A DNA stretch of 64,000 bases, taken from contig CM082594.2 of the NCBI GenBank assembly GCA_040954595.2, forward strand, positions 1,134,247-1,198,246, given 5' to 3'. Below the pieces are notes generated by a model. It searched no databases. It saw only the letters and a program-made list of their open reading frames with translations, and was not told the DNA's origin. This document shows positions 39,676 to 53,300 of the stretch, piece by piece (position 1 is the stretch's first letter; each line of letters starts with the position of its first letter). A program made the translations under genes and the position numbers. This stretch comes from Balanoglossus misakiensis. Lineage: Eukaryota > Animalia > Hemichordata.

Positions 39676-39890
39676 TATCCATAAAGAAATACAATCACCT
39701 CCAATTTACACATACCGGTTACCCATGTATGGTTACAAGGGTGTGTATAAATCTTTTGATAACCATGATGAAGTGGCACACTTCTTTTCACATGGCTACC
39801 TACTGAAAACAAGAGATATTAGTGGCTAAATTTCCACTTTCCATGCTGGTAACTGTGGCTTAATTTGCATCGGAGACTGTATACCTTTAA

Positions 39891-40230
39891 AGCCCCTATA
39901 GCTGCCAAATTTTGCATATTTTTTCCACAGTAAAATACTTCAAATATATTCCCTATCCTCTAAAATCCTCACCATTAAGCCATATTACTTGCATTTGCAT
40001 CAGTTTGTCATCTCTTGGCGACATATACAAATATAGCCTCGTACTGTTTGTATGGAAGCTGATTAAATCGGTGCGGCACCGTTTTCATACATGGCGTTTT
40101 CAGATCGCTACATACAGCCATGATCAGGCATCGATAAGATGTTTGTTTATACCTAACAGCAAGCTTATTTTGATGGACCAATTTAAATTAATTCATGAAA
40201 ATAATGCAAAAAGTGGCAGCTCCAGAGGCT
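39891..40230. mobile_element. Kolobok-like MITE (TTAA TSD)
   Basis: ttaa|agcccctatagctgcca ... tggcagctccagaggct|ttaa. Confidence 0.7.
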
Positions 40231-41238
40231 TTAACATGTAATGTACTTTGGCCATTTATCAAAGAGATAAGAAGAAATGAAAATGTTTGCGACATTGTTA
40301 TTATTCATTGACATTTTAATGTATCTTTTTAACTGGCAATGCTGAACTGAAGAATGTGCTCTGATTACAGCAACAAGACATCATTGCAAAAAAAAAAACA
40401 CACACTTTATTAATGGCTCAATACACCATAGAAAAAAACTTGTAAACATTTATTGATGTCAGACTTGGTATTCCACAAAATCATATAGGTAGCAGTTACT
40501 TTGTTTTCTTGTACATAAAAAAATAACAGGGACAGTGTTTAGATTGACACCTACATTTTGACCTGGTTTGAAGATTTTTGTCAATAAATGGAAATACTAA
40601 AGTCTACTGGTGTGTACAAGTAGTGCTTATATCAATCCATTTACACCAAGGTTTCAGAAAATGCCAATTTTTTCCCCTACCACAGGTCAGTACTTTATGC
40701 CATTTTAAAGCAACATTAGTAGTAACATTTTACTGTTTTATCTGTATTCTGCTTCTGTGTATTAACAGATTCTTGTTCTACTACATATGGCCGTGTTCTG
40801 GTTGTCAACATAGCCAGTGCATGTGTAATGACCGATGTTATTTTTGATAAATGCTTTTGTGTCCCAAGTTGAATGCAATTTATAATAATAATGCTTCTGT
40901 ATACACGTCAATGTTGCATTGGTAAGCTAAATAATTTAAAAAAAAAAAACGTCAAAAGTTACAGCTATTCAAGTAACCAAAGAAAAACCTTTTTCTGAGT
41001 CAGAACCATGTGGTGCTTTAATCAACAAAATTACATCCACATTAAAATGATCACCTATTTCTAGCATGATTTAAGGAATAATAAAACAGCTTTGAAACAA
41101 AAAACGAGTGAAAAAGATCACTAAAACGGCTGTGATAGGAGCTATAATAGTATAGAGCTATTTTTGCATATAAGAATAATACTCATTTTCATATAAGAAT
41201 ATTTAAATGCTTGTAAGTGAATTACAATATGACCTTAA

Positions 41239-41321
41239 CCCTTTCACCCCCAGTTCCCTCTAGAGGTCCAACCTTACCATAGAGAACAATGGATTTGGAC
41301 GGCACCAGAGAGGTGAAAGGG
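41239..41321. mobile_element. Tiny piggyBac-like MITE
   Basis: ttaa|ccctttcacc ... ggtgaaaggg|ataa. Confidence 0.55.
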
Positions 41322-41716
41322 ATAATTGTTCACCACCTCTCTGCTCTTGATGCAATCTGGTTAAAATCAGATAAGTTTGGCATTGTCTTTGGCTGTTCTG
41401 TTCTCTGTCTTTGACTTGGCTGTTCTGTTCTCTGCCGTGGCTGTTCTTGGTGTACGTGCCACACTACATCATTCTGAACCTATGCCATAGAACATCTAGT
41501 TTTGGCAAATGGATCCATTCGACCAATCACAGAGCGGCTTTCCTACCGCTTCGGAACTGGCCACGCGCTGGAAACTAACTTCTATTGTTCAAGTTTGTTT
41601 GTTTTTCCACACCTCCAGTTTTCTAAACAACCGCTCTGATAGTCTCGGTTACCCAGACGCCTTTGCTCTTCCGATGCTCTCCAGAAAAGGGTCTGGGGAA
41701 ATACTATTGAAAGCTT

Positions 41717-43792
41717 CCCTTACCAAAATCGGGTGCACCCGAAAGGCACCCAAAAGAACACACCCCGGGTGCACCTTAGGTGGCACCCGAAACACACCCC
41801 TCAGAACACACCCGAAACCACCTTAAATTGGTCACTTTAGGTGTGTTTCGGGTGTACAAAACAGGTGCATTATAGGTGCACCCGAAAGGCACCCGAAATA
41901 GAGCACACCCGAGGTGCACCTTAGGTGGCACCCGAAACACACCCGTATGATATGGTATGGATGCACCCGAAACGCACCCGGAACAACATACTCCGGGTGC
42001 ACTTTAGGTGGCACCTAAAACACACCTGAATGATATTATGGATGTATTATGCAGTTGCTGCAGTGGCTCATACACACACACACACACAATGTGAAAAAAA
42101 CAGCCAATACAATTTTTGTTAATAAAACTAAAAGTCAATATATTGCTAATTGTAAACTTAATAAAGTTCTTTTGTACAGTACAGTAAAAATAAAATGATG
42201 GATAAAATGATAGAGCTACATAGTACAGTTCGACTAGCTATGTACAAACACTTGTAATCTACACTAAGTTCGATGGAAATGTGGTCACCGTGATCAGAAT
42301 ATAGTCAGTGGTTTCACAGCAATAATTAAGTTATCCGAGGCATGCTGCTTCACATTTCTGTCCGGGAACGATATTATGCAACGTACATGCAATGTCCACG
42401 CCATTTTGAATGAACCATTCTCGCGGATGCTCGTCCATGCATCATCGTCCTTAAATGGCGATCGAGATTTCTTGTAATGAGTACGGTCAAATCAACAGCT
42501 ATCAATGGACACACCACAGGAGTAGGTGTTCGTTCAAAACGCGTTTGGTACTTACAATCGTCCGAGTCGTATCAAAACGCGATGTGTTTGAATGCGACTG
42601 TTTACTGACATCGAGAATGGCGGCCACATTGTTATGACCGCGTCGACCGATGCGCCTGATGAACGTACGTGACTGACCTCCCTTGTCATGATCTTACGTG
42701 TTTTGATATCCGCACGTCATCTCTGACGCCTAAAGTAGTCGGAACAACGAAACGATTTCACAAATTTTGCTAAAACTGCGTCGAAATGGCTTTCCGACAT
42801 TGACTTCCGTGTCTACGATGTGGACTTGCCAGTATGACTGTTTAATGACGTTATTATGAATGGACCAATCCGGTTACGTATGTTAATGACGTCCCGGGTC
42901 AAAAGTCAAGTATTGTACTTCGGCCAGTACAACTTGCAAGGGTTGTAGTTTGTGGTGAATAAATCGTGGAAAACTTTTATTAAAATCGTGATCTCCAAAA
43001 TAAAGAGACAGAACTTGATTTTGTGCGATATTCCAGTACATATAAATGGACAAAAAAAATGTTTTTTATTCCTTGGAGCTGTTAATTATTTAATAAAATG
43101 TATTCAGAAATTTTCCAACTTCAACAGATGATATAATTTTTCATCAACTAACTGATGTGAAAAAGTTGCTAAGTCTAAAGCGGGTGTGTTTTGGGTGCCT
43201 TCTCGATGTGAAAAAGTTGCAAAGTCGAAAGCGGGTGTGTTTTGAGTGCCTTCCCTATGTGAAAAAGTTGCAAAGTCTAAAGCGGGTGTGTTTTGGGTGC
43301 CTTCTCGATGTGAAAAAGTTGCAAAGTCGAAAGCGGGTGTGTTTTGGGTGCCTTCCCGATGTGAAAAAGTTGCAAAGTCGAAAGCGGGTGTGTTTTGAGT
43401 GCCTTCCCTATGTGAAAAAGTTGCAAAGTCGAAAGCGGGTGTGTTTTGGGTGCCTTCCCGATGTGAAAAAGTTGCAAAGTCGAAAGCGGGTGTGTTTTGA
43501 GTGTCTTCCCTATGTGAAAAAGTTGCAAAGTCGAAAGCGGGTGTGTTTTGGGTGCCTTAACGGCCAGTGCTGATATCAGAAGGTGTATTTCGGGTGCACC
43601 CGTAAGACACCTTTACAGTTTATGTTGTAGGGGTGGATTTCGGGTGGGTTAGACCACCCACCCAAAACCCACCTCATCTTACAGTGGTGTGTTTTAGGTA
43701 GGTTACGGGTGGGTCTAAGTGCTATTGGTGTGTTTTGGGTGTATTTTAGGTGCACCCGAGGTGCACCCGAGCACTCGGAAATTTGGTAAGGG
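41717..43792. mobile_element. Non-autonomous EnSpm/CACTA-like element C (CCC..GGG termini, 2-bp TSD TT, subterminal ggtgcacccg repeats)
   Basis: tt|cccttaccaaa ... tttggtaaggg|tt. Removing it restores gaaagctttgtaaaac, which matches the opposite TIR of element B. Confidence 0.85.
43154..43558. repeat. 51-bp minisatellite, ~8 copies, inside element C
   Basis: Unit gatgtgaaaaagttgcaaagtcgaaagcgggtgtgttttgggtgccttccc. Confidence 0.93.
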
Positions 43793-44377
43793 TTTGTAAA
43801 ACAAAATGGCCGATGTCAGGATTTTGATCATCGCCTGATTGGCTGAGCTGTCAGTATGACCCGGGTCACTGCAATAGTTTCGACAATCGTCTACTAAAGA
43901 TATTTCGTATAATTTCTCCAACAATGCTAACAGAGGACGCCTTTTGCCTTTCGCATCAACCAACAAGTACCGGTCTCTTGATATGAAGATATGACAAATA
44001 ATCACACATTGTCGAGAATCAGTGACCAAGGTCATACTGACAGCTCAGCCAATCAGGCGATGATCAAAATCCTGACATCGGCCATTTTGTTTTACAAAGC
44101 TTTCAATAGTATTTCCCCAGACCCTTTTCTGGAGAGCATCGGAAGAGCAAAGGCGTCTGGGTAACCGAGACTACCGCTCTGATTGAGATCTTCTATGGCA
44201 TAGGTTTAGATGTAGTGTGGGCGTCTCTTTTTAACAGAACAGCCAAGAATCAGCAAAAGTAAAGATGGCGCCCAACACTACATCTAATTTTAATCAGATT
44301 GCTCTTGATAATTGTACCTGTCTGGTGAGACATAATAGAAAGTCAAACTAGTCTCTGTCCCATTGTTGACCTCAGTT

Positions 44378-47300
44378 TTACATGATATGTCTGTGTCCCT
44401 TGATCATCAGTTTTGCCAGTCGGTCAGTCTGCGTCTCTTTGTTCAGAGAACCCAACATCACAGTCTGTGCATGTGTATGTGCAGTTTCCACATGGCCAGT
44501 TGTCTGTGTATTGACATTCACGCATTTCATAGATATCATCTCTGTAGTACTATCTGTCAGTTCCACATGATCAGTCTGTATCCCAATGGTTGTGTGTGTT
44601 TTGGGATCATCAACCCACTGCCCACTCAGCTGTTCTTTGACACTGTGTATGTCTTCTAGCTTTACAAGTAACAGTTCTGTCGTGTTGGATGGATTACAAA
44701 CCCGATCATCGATGCTATCCTTCATGTAGTCGATAATGCGACCACAAAGTCCTGCATTTAACTTCACACGCAATCCAGGCGGTACAGCCTCTATCAGGGC
44801 CAGGATCTCACCATCAGTACCACTTTCAAACTGGAACCCCTGCATTAGCAACTTGTTGCACACTATTTGTTTCAGATCTTCAGATGTGTATGGCTGGAAG
44901 ATCCATGGTTCCCTGAACCTTCTTAAGAGACCCTCATTAGCTGACAGCAACTTCTCCATTTCCATCTTATATCCTGCAAGAACAAATACTGGGGTATCTC
45001 TCATACAGTCACCAGTGAGATAGTGCATAAGGGTGTTTATTATGTCAACTCCAAAGTCCTTCGTAGATTTGCCTTTATATAGTGAGTATGCCTCATCAAT
45101 AAACAGCAATCCACCAGCTGCCTCTTCGATCTTTTTCTTCATTTTCTTCTCTGATTCTCCCAGATACTGAGCAACAACATTATCTCTCTGTACTTCAACA
45201 ACTTTCTCTTCCTTTAATATACCAACATCATATAAGCATCCTGAAATGGCAAAGCACAAAGTAGAACCATGACTAAAAATGCTTTTGAATTTACTGCACT
45301 GATTGCTGTATCTAGAATATAGAAATTACCAGAATAGGTTTTGACTTACATGATATGGAAATACCCCCCTCACCACTTCACTGTGTACATTTCATCTAGT
45401 TATATGACAATTGTGCGTGTGTATTCAAAGACAAACATGGAAATTATTGGAGAAGCAATGGTAATTTTAGCGACAATTTTATGACCCCCCAAAAAAAGGA
45501 AATTGCTGAGTCATCCCTTCTCCCCACTTTAGATCTTCATGGTAGAAGTTTTTAGATGAGCTGACTCCAAGACTCAAGCCGGTCTGACATAAATTTTATT
45601 TTTGCAGATATTGATTTTGATTCTCATTCTGAATTATTTCTGACAATTTCAAGAAAATGACAATATTTTATGGTGGTTTCTTGCATTTTTACACACAATC
45701 CTATGGTATAAGATAACCATGTACAGCCTATGCAAAGTGGAAAGAAACTAGGAATACTCCCTAAACTCTCTATTTATACATTGAATAAAACTTGATTTCC
45801 TATTATGGTATCATCCTTTATATTGCACCTGGAACAAAATATTAAGTAATAAAAATGAAGGTAAAACTAATTTTCTCACAGTTCTGTGAAAGTGGTACTC
45901 TGTGAAATGAAAACTGTACCATTAAATTACGAAGGGTGTTGACTTTTGCATTGTGTTTTTTGAAACATTTGAGAATTATAGGTTAAAGCCCCAGTATTTC
46001 TCGTGTGTATCCATTTTTCATCATCGAAAAATGCCCGTTTTTCCTGTACATTCATCATGGAATACTACATAATGAAGATATAAGAAAGTTTTGGGCAACT
46101 GTAGCTATATGCAAGCTGTAAATATTGCCCGTAACACTTGCCCGTAACACGGGTTTGTTTACAACGGAAATGTTGTACATCTCGATCAGCAAACGTGCCA
46201 CTTTGATATTTGATGTCAGACCATTTTCAGATTTGATCTGGTTCCATCGACTGATTTCTCCCATATAGTTATCTTCCCAGAATTTCGCCGATTTAGTGCG
46301 CATTTCTTCGCTGAGGTGCTAGATTTGGGGCGACCAAACCTCTTCCGCATAGATTCACATTTGAGTGCGCATGCGCAGTAGTCACGTGTGTCAACAGAGC
46401 CTGACTTTCTGTCCGGACAGAAAGTCATTCTTCACTCGTTATATTGTAAATTGTATGTGTTTATGAACAGAGCTGGGCATGATAACTGTTAGATTCAGAA
46501 TCAATTATCATGTACTTTTAGAAATTGAAGATGCCGTTTCAAACAAAATTTATGCGAAAACGAGAAATACTGAAGCTTTAATATTGAAAACAAATTTACA
46601 GCTTTAAAGTTTAATGAGTTCTATACATTGTAACAGATTGAATGGACACAAAAAGAAACATACCTGCCAGCAACCTAGCAAACATAGTTTTGCCTGTGCC
46701 TGGTGGCCCATAAAATAATAAATTTAGGGGCTCCTCTTCTTGTTTCTTAATTGTACTTCGGGCTTTGTTGTTTATTGCGCGGATGGCTAGCTTTTCTACT
46801 TTCTTCTTAATATCCTCCATCCCAACAACAGATTTTAGTCTTCTCCCAACTCGTCTTCTGACCAATTCTCTATTCAACTCTTTTAAGGCTGCATTCACAA
46901 ACACCTCTGGAGGGGGGGGCAGGAGAATTGAGGGGGGGGATTTGAAAAAATTGAGGGTATGTAAGGGGGGGATTTGAAATAATTTAGGGACTGAAAGGGG
47001 GGGACTTGAAAACTTTAACAACTAAATATTTATTTTGAGTCCACAAAAATGCAGTTTCGCACCCTTTAATTTACAAAATTTTCTAATGTGGGAGGGAGAC
47101 ACCCCCTCCCACACCCACCCCCTCCATTCATCAACACCTTTCAATCATTGACTGGTTTATCTAGTGACCCAGGTCAGGGGACTTGCCCCACCCCATGATA
47201 ACTTTGAGCGGCGACGGTTAAATTTGTCCTCCCCAACATACCGGTAGTTGAGTTAATTTGCTTTTGCCGGGTTCATTAAAATGCAGCTTTGAGCTCTGTA

Positions 47301-50300
47301 TTTTAGAAAATTTTCTTACGTGGGAGGGGGACACCCCCTCCCAAACCCACCCCCTTCAATTCTCGGTGTACAATGTCTCCCAACACAGAATACAAATATA
47401 TGTACTTAAAAAATAAAAACAATAAAAACAATGTTCAGTTTTAAACCCACTGATGAGGGGAAACATCAGTTTCAAATTCTTTTCATGGGAGCGCTGTTTT
47501 TCTTTTTACAAGATAGATAGGTGATGTGTTTTGCTCTGTGAAAGAAAATGGGGGGGGGGATTTCAAAATTTTGGCAGTTCGGAAGGGGGGGATTTGAAAA
47601 TATTGGCAGTTCGGAAGGGGGGCATGTGAAAATTAGCGGTAAAAAAAATTGAATTCTCCCGCCCCCCCCCTCCAGAGGTGTTTGTGAATGCAGCCTAAAA
47701 GGAAAAAAAAACACGTCCTGTCATATCAACTCTGTCCCTAAGCAGTACAGAAGGGAAATCTTCTAAATTAACAACATCAAATATAGAAGTCACATATTAT
47801 CATTTTTCCATGAGAAACAAGCCATTTATCCCTCCATTTTCAACAGCAAGGACAAAAATGGTTTGTTATCATATGATAAATATTTACCTAATCCACAACT
47901 TATTTGTCTCAAGTCAACAGAATCCTGAAGTCTGCAGGGAAAATAAAAGAAAAAAGTGGTAAAATAGTACATGTACACACTCAGTGACATTATGAAGCTT
48001 TGATTACGACAATAACCTTTACCTCTTGCCAGAATGAAGAAAAACATTGGACATATCATGAAAAGTCTTCACACATACAGATCTGTGGTAACATATTAGA
48101 ATGCTAGACAATGTCGAATGAGAATATTTGATACAGTAAACACATATTGCCTGATTACATGGAATGTGCAAAAAAATGAAAGATGTTATGTTCTGTCCTT
48201 TTACATACAACTAAAACTTTTGTTTGGATGTTTTGTCACCAGGAAAATACCTTTCTTTAGCAGATATCCTCACAGCATCACTCAGCTTTGAAGGGTAAGG
48301 ACTGAACATTTCGGCCTTTGAGTACACAGCTATTAGTGAGTAATTAAGGAAGACAAACAAAACTCTATTTTCCATTTTAGAATGACTACATGTTCATCAC
48401 TTTTACAGCCTTTAAAGTTTTCTTTGAAAGTACTGATATTCTATTTATTTTCAAAGTGTACGGTAGTTTAATGTTTACACAAGGACTGTGTAATAGTGAT
48501 CACCTACAAACAGACATTAACTGCAGAGCTTGTATCAATTTCTAAAATGGACTGCACTGAGACACTTGTGAAATACATCAAAAAATTATTGTGTACTGAT
48601 CACTTTATCCACTATAAAATCAACAGTTTTTTGTAACATGTTACATGAAGTAACAAGAAACGTGCGTCTGTTCTGGTTTCAAGAGAAAAAGGATATTGAC
48701 ACTGTCTTGTTGATTGCCTCCTTGTAGATACTTCAGAATGGCAGAAGTCATGATAAATTCAGTTACATGGTCATCATCATACATGACCCCGAACAGACAA
48801 AAACAAATGAGATGTGTTAACAATAGCAGGGAATTTGATAAGTTTTAACACATTAATATAACATGCATAGAGACTCAAACTTTATCTTTAATTGTAATTT
48901 GTCAAAGAAAGAAATTGTAAAATTATATCAATTATCACTTTTCTGCAGTCAATTACATACATGTTCTCATGAGCACCATCAATTAAGAGGCTTCACAGAC
49001 TAAATTTCACTAAAACTGATCTGTTATTGATTATTCATTCTTTTCAGTATTTAACAGCTTTACACACGAAATGATGACAAAGAAGAACATAGCAAACAGA
49101 CTATATTTACCATGTATCTGCCTCCTTCTTTACTAACAACATTATATGGCCCCTTATTTCAGAATGCACAACTATGGCAGTGACTTCCATATCAGGGGGT
49201 GACCAGAATGCAGGGAAATCTTGTGGAGACAACAGTGCTTCAGCAGTCATCGACCTCGGAATTTTTATACTCCTATTGTCCTGTAATATCACAAAAGCAT
49301 CAAACTTTTCAAAGACTAATAGTATACAATTTAAATTTATCCTAAATCATTTGCTCTACCTAGGATAAAAGAAGCTACTTATTCTTTTGGTTGACTGTAT
49401 TTAGAAAAATGTAGAAGACAATACTGCACTGGCCCCAGCTACTGTATGTGCATTGATAAGCATCCTTGTGTCTCATCTCAGTTGTCAAATCATTCATGAC
49501 CTAAAGCTTATGCCCTATAGCAACTACAGCAAAAGTCACATGTTGTGGTGCAATGAATTATACTTCACTTTCTCTTGATAATTAACATTTTTATGATCAG
49601 TCTACAGAAAGTATGAAACCTACCTTATTGCCATAACCATCATTTCTGTGAATCCCCAAACATATTAAATTGGGTTCTGTTACCCAGAAGTCAACATGCT
49701 TTACGCTGTCATCTATAATGAAGAAAACAAACAAAATGATGTTCCTTTTCCTCCCTTCTCCCTAAAGTAGAGTAAATGACAATCACTTTTTCATTTAAGG
49801 GTTTCTACTTCTGTAGTATCTCTGGGGGTAAATTGATACCGTGACAATGTCAATATTTATACAGTGACCCCTCAAAGAGAAATTATGAAAATTAACTATA
49901 TTTTCAGTTCTATATTTGTAACAGTGAAACATATAGCAAAGTAACTAAGTGTACATGTATAATCAAATAAATAAAAAACATACGTTCAGAAGGTTCAGGT
50001 GCTCCGTCTATGCTGTCTTTGATTTGGACTTTCACATTAGAAGGAATGTCTCGCCAACAATAAATCATTCTCTCTGTGAGAAAATGATTTAGCATACTGT
50101 CAATTGATGATCCTGGGTTTAGTTGAAGAACGTACCAGGGGTGTATCAAGGTAATGTATAGGAAAACTGAATATTAAATTGACAATCATCAGCAAAATCA
50201 ATGATGTCAGTATCATTTGTTATATTTTTCCCTATAAAATGATCACACCCTGAAAAGGTCTGCCCAATTTAGTTTCAAATTAATGCCCACCCCTACTTCT

Positions 50301-53300
50301 TGAAAACACATTATCTCACCATCTGTTAGTTACTACCACAGGGCAGCAACCTTTTTACTTTATATATGCGTGATAAAATCACCATACAACCATTCATAGT
50401 TTCTGAGTTTGTGTACAACAGTATTTATGGATATATATGCACTTGAACACTGGTCTCGTCAACATGAAGAATCTAGTTTGTTACAAAAATATATACTTAA
50501 GTCAGGAAATTAGCTGTAACTTTTCGATGTTTTCAGTACAGGTACTTTTGGTTTGTTTATCTCCTGCAGTTTTTTGTTCAAATCCTTATAGTATGAAGAA
50601 ATGCCCCACATTCAAAAATTTAATTAAAGTCTGGACAAGAATTTATTTGTCAACAATAACAATGGTCAATGTTACGTTACACACATACAGCCTATGTTGA
50701 TTAGTGCAGTACTAGAAATGGCATGCTGTTGTTAGAGGACCACAAAACTGCAATTGATTCACTGATCAAAAATACTGAAAATAGAGCAAACAGTTACAGC
50801 TTAAATCCCTTATAACAGCAGGGTCAAACAAAGGATATGACGATAACTGTCGTCTTCAAATTCCTCATCCTCGTAAATCCAGATCCGTCTCCGTGTACCT
50901 GCCAAAGTTGTCTGGATTACCTGTGCTAAATGCTATAAAACATGAAACGAATGAAAAAATCTATCAATTGGAAGAAAAAAAATCGCGTCAAGGACACGGT
51001 GGTCCCATTGAGGGATTACACAGGAAAATGTCTACACCAGAGTACATGGCCATATACAGACAGACAGACAGACACACACACACATAGAGAAAGAGAGAGA
51101 TCAAAGAGCAAACACTGACTGACCCATAAGCTGCCAATGGCATATGTACTGTACATACACTAAATAGAACAGCTGGCCTCTTTAAAACTTAGCCAGTTAT
51201 GTTATCATGCAGGAATTTGCTGTGTGTATAAATATCAGGAGGGGGTTCCTGCCAAATTACAAAGAACTCAATAAAGTAAATACACACACTTTGCAAAGCA
51301 ATCTGACCAGTAGTTCTTGAGTCACTGAGTTTTGACCAAATTCAAATTTTTCATTTGAACAAACTCCCATTTCAGCCCAGCCTGCATCTGCACACCAAAT
51401 ATCAAGGTGATACACGCAGCGGTTTTCAAGTTTTTTATGTGGACAGACATACAGACATCCATCCATACATACATACATACATACAGACGCAACCAATCCC
51501 ATAAGGTCCCATGGTATATATGTACATATAAATCAAATTGGACCTAAAATCTAAATCTACAGGCATGGTTTGTGGGGCCCAAGTGGTTCCCACGGAATTC
51601 CAAAGCTGTATCTGAGCCAGATAATGAGATATCAGAAAGATGGTCAAGGTCACCTAAGGTCACCAAAAACTTTTTAAATAAATTTTTGCTGGTTCATGTC
51701 CGACAAACTTGACACAGTTACATTATCAGAACAAATGTAAGACTGACCTAAAATCAATTAACACAGACAAGATTGAAAATACTGTACCTCATTTTCTGTA
51801 CACAACACTTTCAAGGTTTCGTCCAACACTTCTGCAGGGTCATACCCACCGCCAGCCATATCCCGTGGCATACACTTGAGGAAATGGCTTACTGCTGTTT
51901 CGTATTCTGCCAAACAATCCTCTTCACCAATCAAAGATATCATCTAGATTTAAATGGGAATGATAGATGAAAAAGTGTTTTATGAAAATTCCTGATATTA
52001 TATTTTTGGCTTAATAATGTTGACACTACCGTATACTGATATCAAGTATATAACCCATCCTATGGCATAGAAGAAGGTAAATTGTTATATGCTGTGAGAG
52101 ACAACTTTGCTCACTTCAGTAAAATTAGAAGTGAGAAGCTATGACTGCACACAATAACTATTTTTTAAAGAATACAGTCATAAGCTTTAATCTTTTGTAA
52201 TGGAGAGTATTTGTTAAGTTAATTTTGTAATTGTAATTATATGAAAAAAAGTATAATACATCAAAATACCTGTCAAAGGTGACATATTACCTTGAATGAA
52301 TACAAACCAATTCACTGCATGTACTGACAGAAACATAACGTCAAGAATAATAACAAATAATGAATTATCATGAAAATTGCGAAAACAATTAAAAAATCAT
52401 ATGTCACTCAGTAGGTCATCGTAATGCCCATTTAGTCTGCAATACCTAAAGACAATTTGCATAACTTGAAATGAAAAGTTTGACATACCTCAATGACAGC
52501 TTCAATACATGGACCACCAGAAACCACCTCAGATAAACATTCCATAATTGGTTTTATGCATGCAAGAAGGTGTATCACCGCATTGACTGCACAGTAATTG
52601 CCAGGGTTTGGTAGACCTGTTGTGAGAAACACACTACATATAGTGGAAGCTAGTAATTTGTTTCAATTATCAACAAGGCAATATCCCCGTCACCATCCTT
52701 TTAAAGTTTCTTGTTTTCTTGGAAAGAAGGGCACAGACATTTCTAACAAGCCAAGAGTGCATGATTGAAATTACATGTAATGGCAGAATGGTTAAAGGTC
52801 AGAAGTTGAGGGGTCATAATCTGGTAAGTATTAAGGATTTGATCACACTGAGATCAACTGATTTATGCTGGAACATAAGAAATTAGGGGATCACAGAGTG
52901 CTATCAAACCTTAGGTTTTATTTTATTGAAGATCAGCACAGCTAAACTACTATTTGGATTCTAGTACATAATGGACATTTGAACAATATATGCATGTGCA
53001 CCAACTGATCTTATCTTGCAAATTCAAGTAAACTTTACTGAGGGCAAGAACGTCATTTTTTTATATTCAAAAGTCATGACTCAATCTACATCAGACTACA
53101 TCTCCCTTGATCATGCATGTTTACTTTTTCTGACAAGGATGAATGTGTCTTTGCTGAATAAGTACTTAGGTTCACATTACCGTAATCTACAAGCTGCTCT
53201 GCACCATCAGTACAAATCATGTCTCTCAGTGTGCACTCCTACAAATAAGAAAATCATGGCATTAATTGTCTTTATGTGACTTTTGTCAATGTCACTTGTA

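Larger units (their letters stand above)
41640..44173. mobile_element. Non-autonomous element B: TAG..CTA termini, ~145-bp TIRs, 9-bp TSD (possibly Academ-like)
   Basis: ccgctctga|tagtctcggttacccagacg ... cgtctgggtaaccgagacta|ccgctctga. Confidence 0.85.
41353..44301. mobile_element. Non-autonomous TIR element A (outer layer of the nest)
   Basis: caatctggttaaaatcagat ... atctaattttaatcagattg, with ctcttgat duplicated on both flanks. TSD length (7-9 bp) is ambiguous. Confidence 0.65.

Noticed and set aside
43157-43573. 138-aa Cys-repeat protein (KKLQSRKRVCFGCL)n
   Set aside because: It is a by-product of a 51-bp minisatellite whose length is a multiple of 3, inside a non-autonomous element.
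44378-45259. Bacterial contamination or an embedded prokaryotic cbbX/spoVK gene
   Set aside because: The domain is split by a canonical spliceosomal intron and surrounded by eukaryotic MITEs.
46887-47021. Pro-rich N-terminus of ORF 46611..47021
   Set aside because: It derives from the Harbinger MITE TIR; the real exon begins at 46879.
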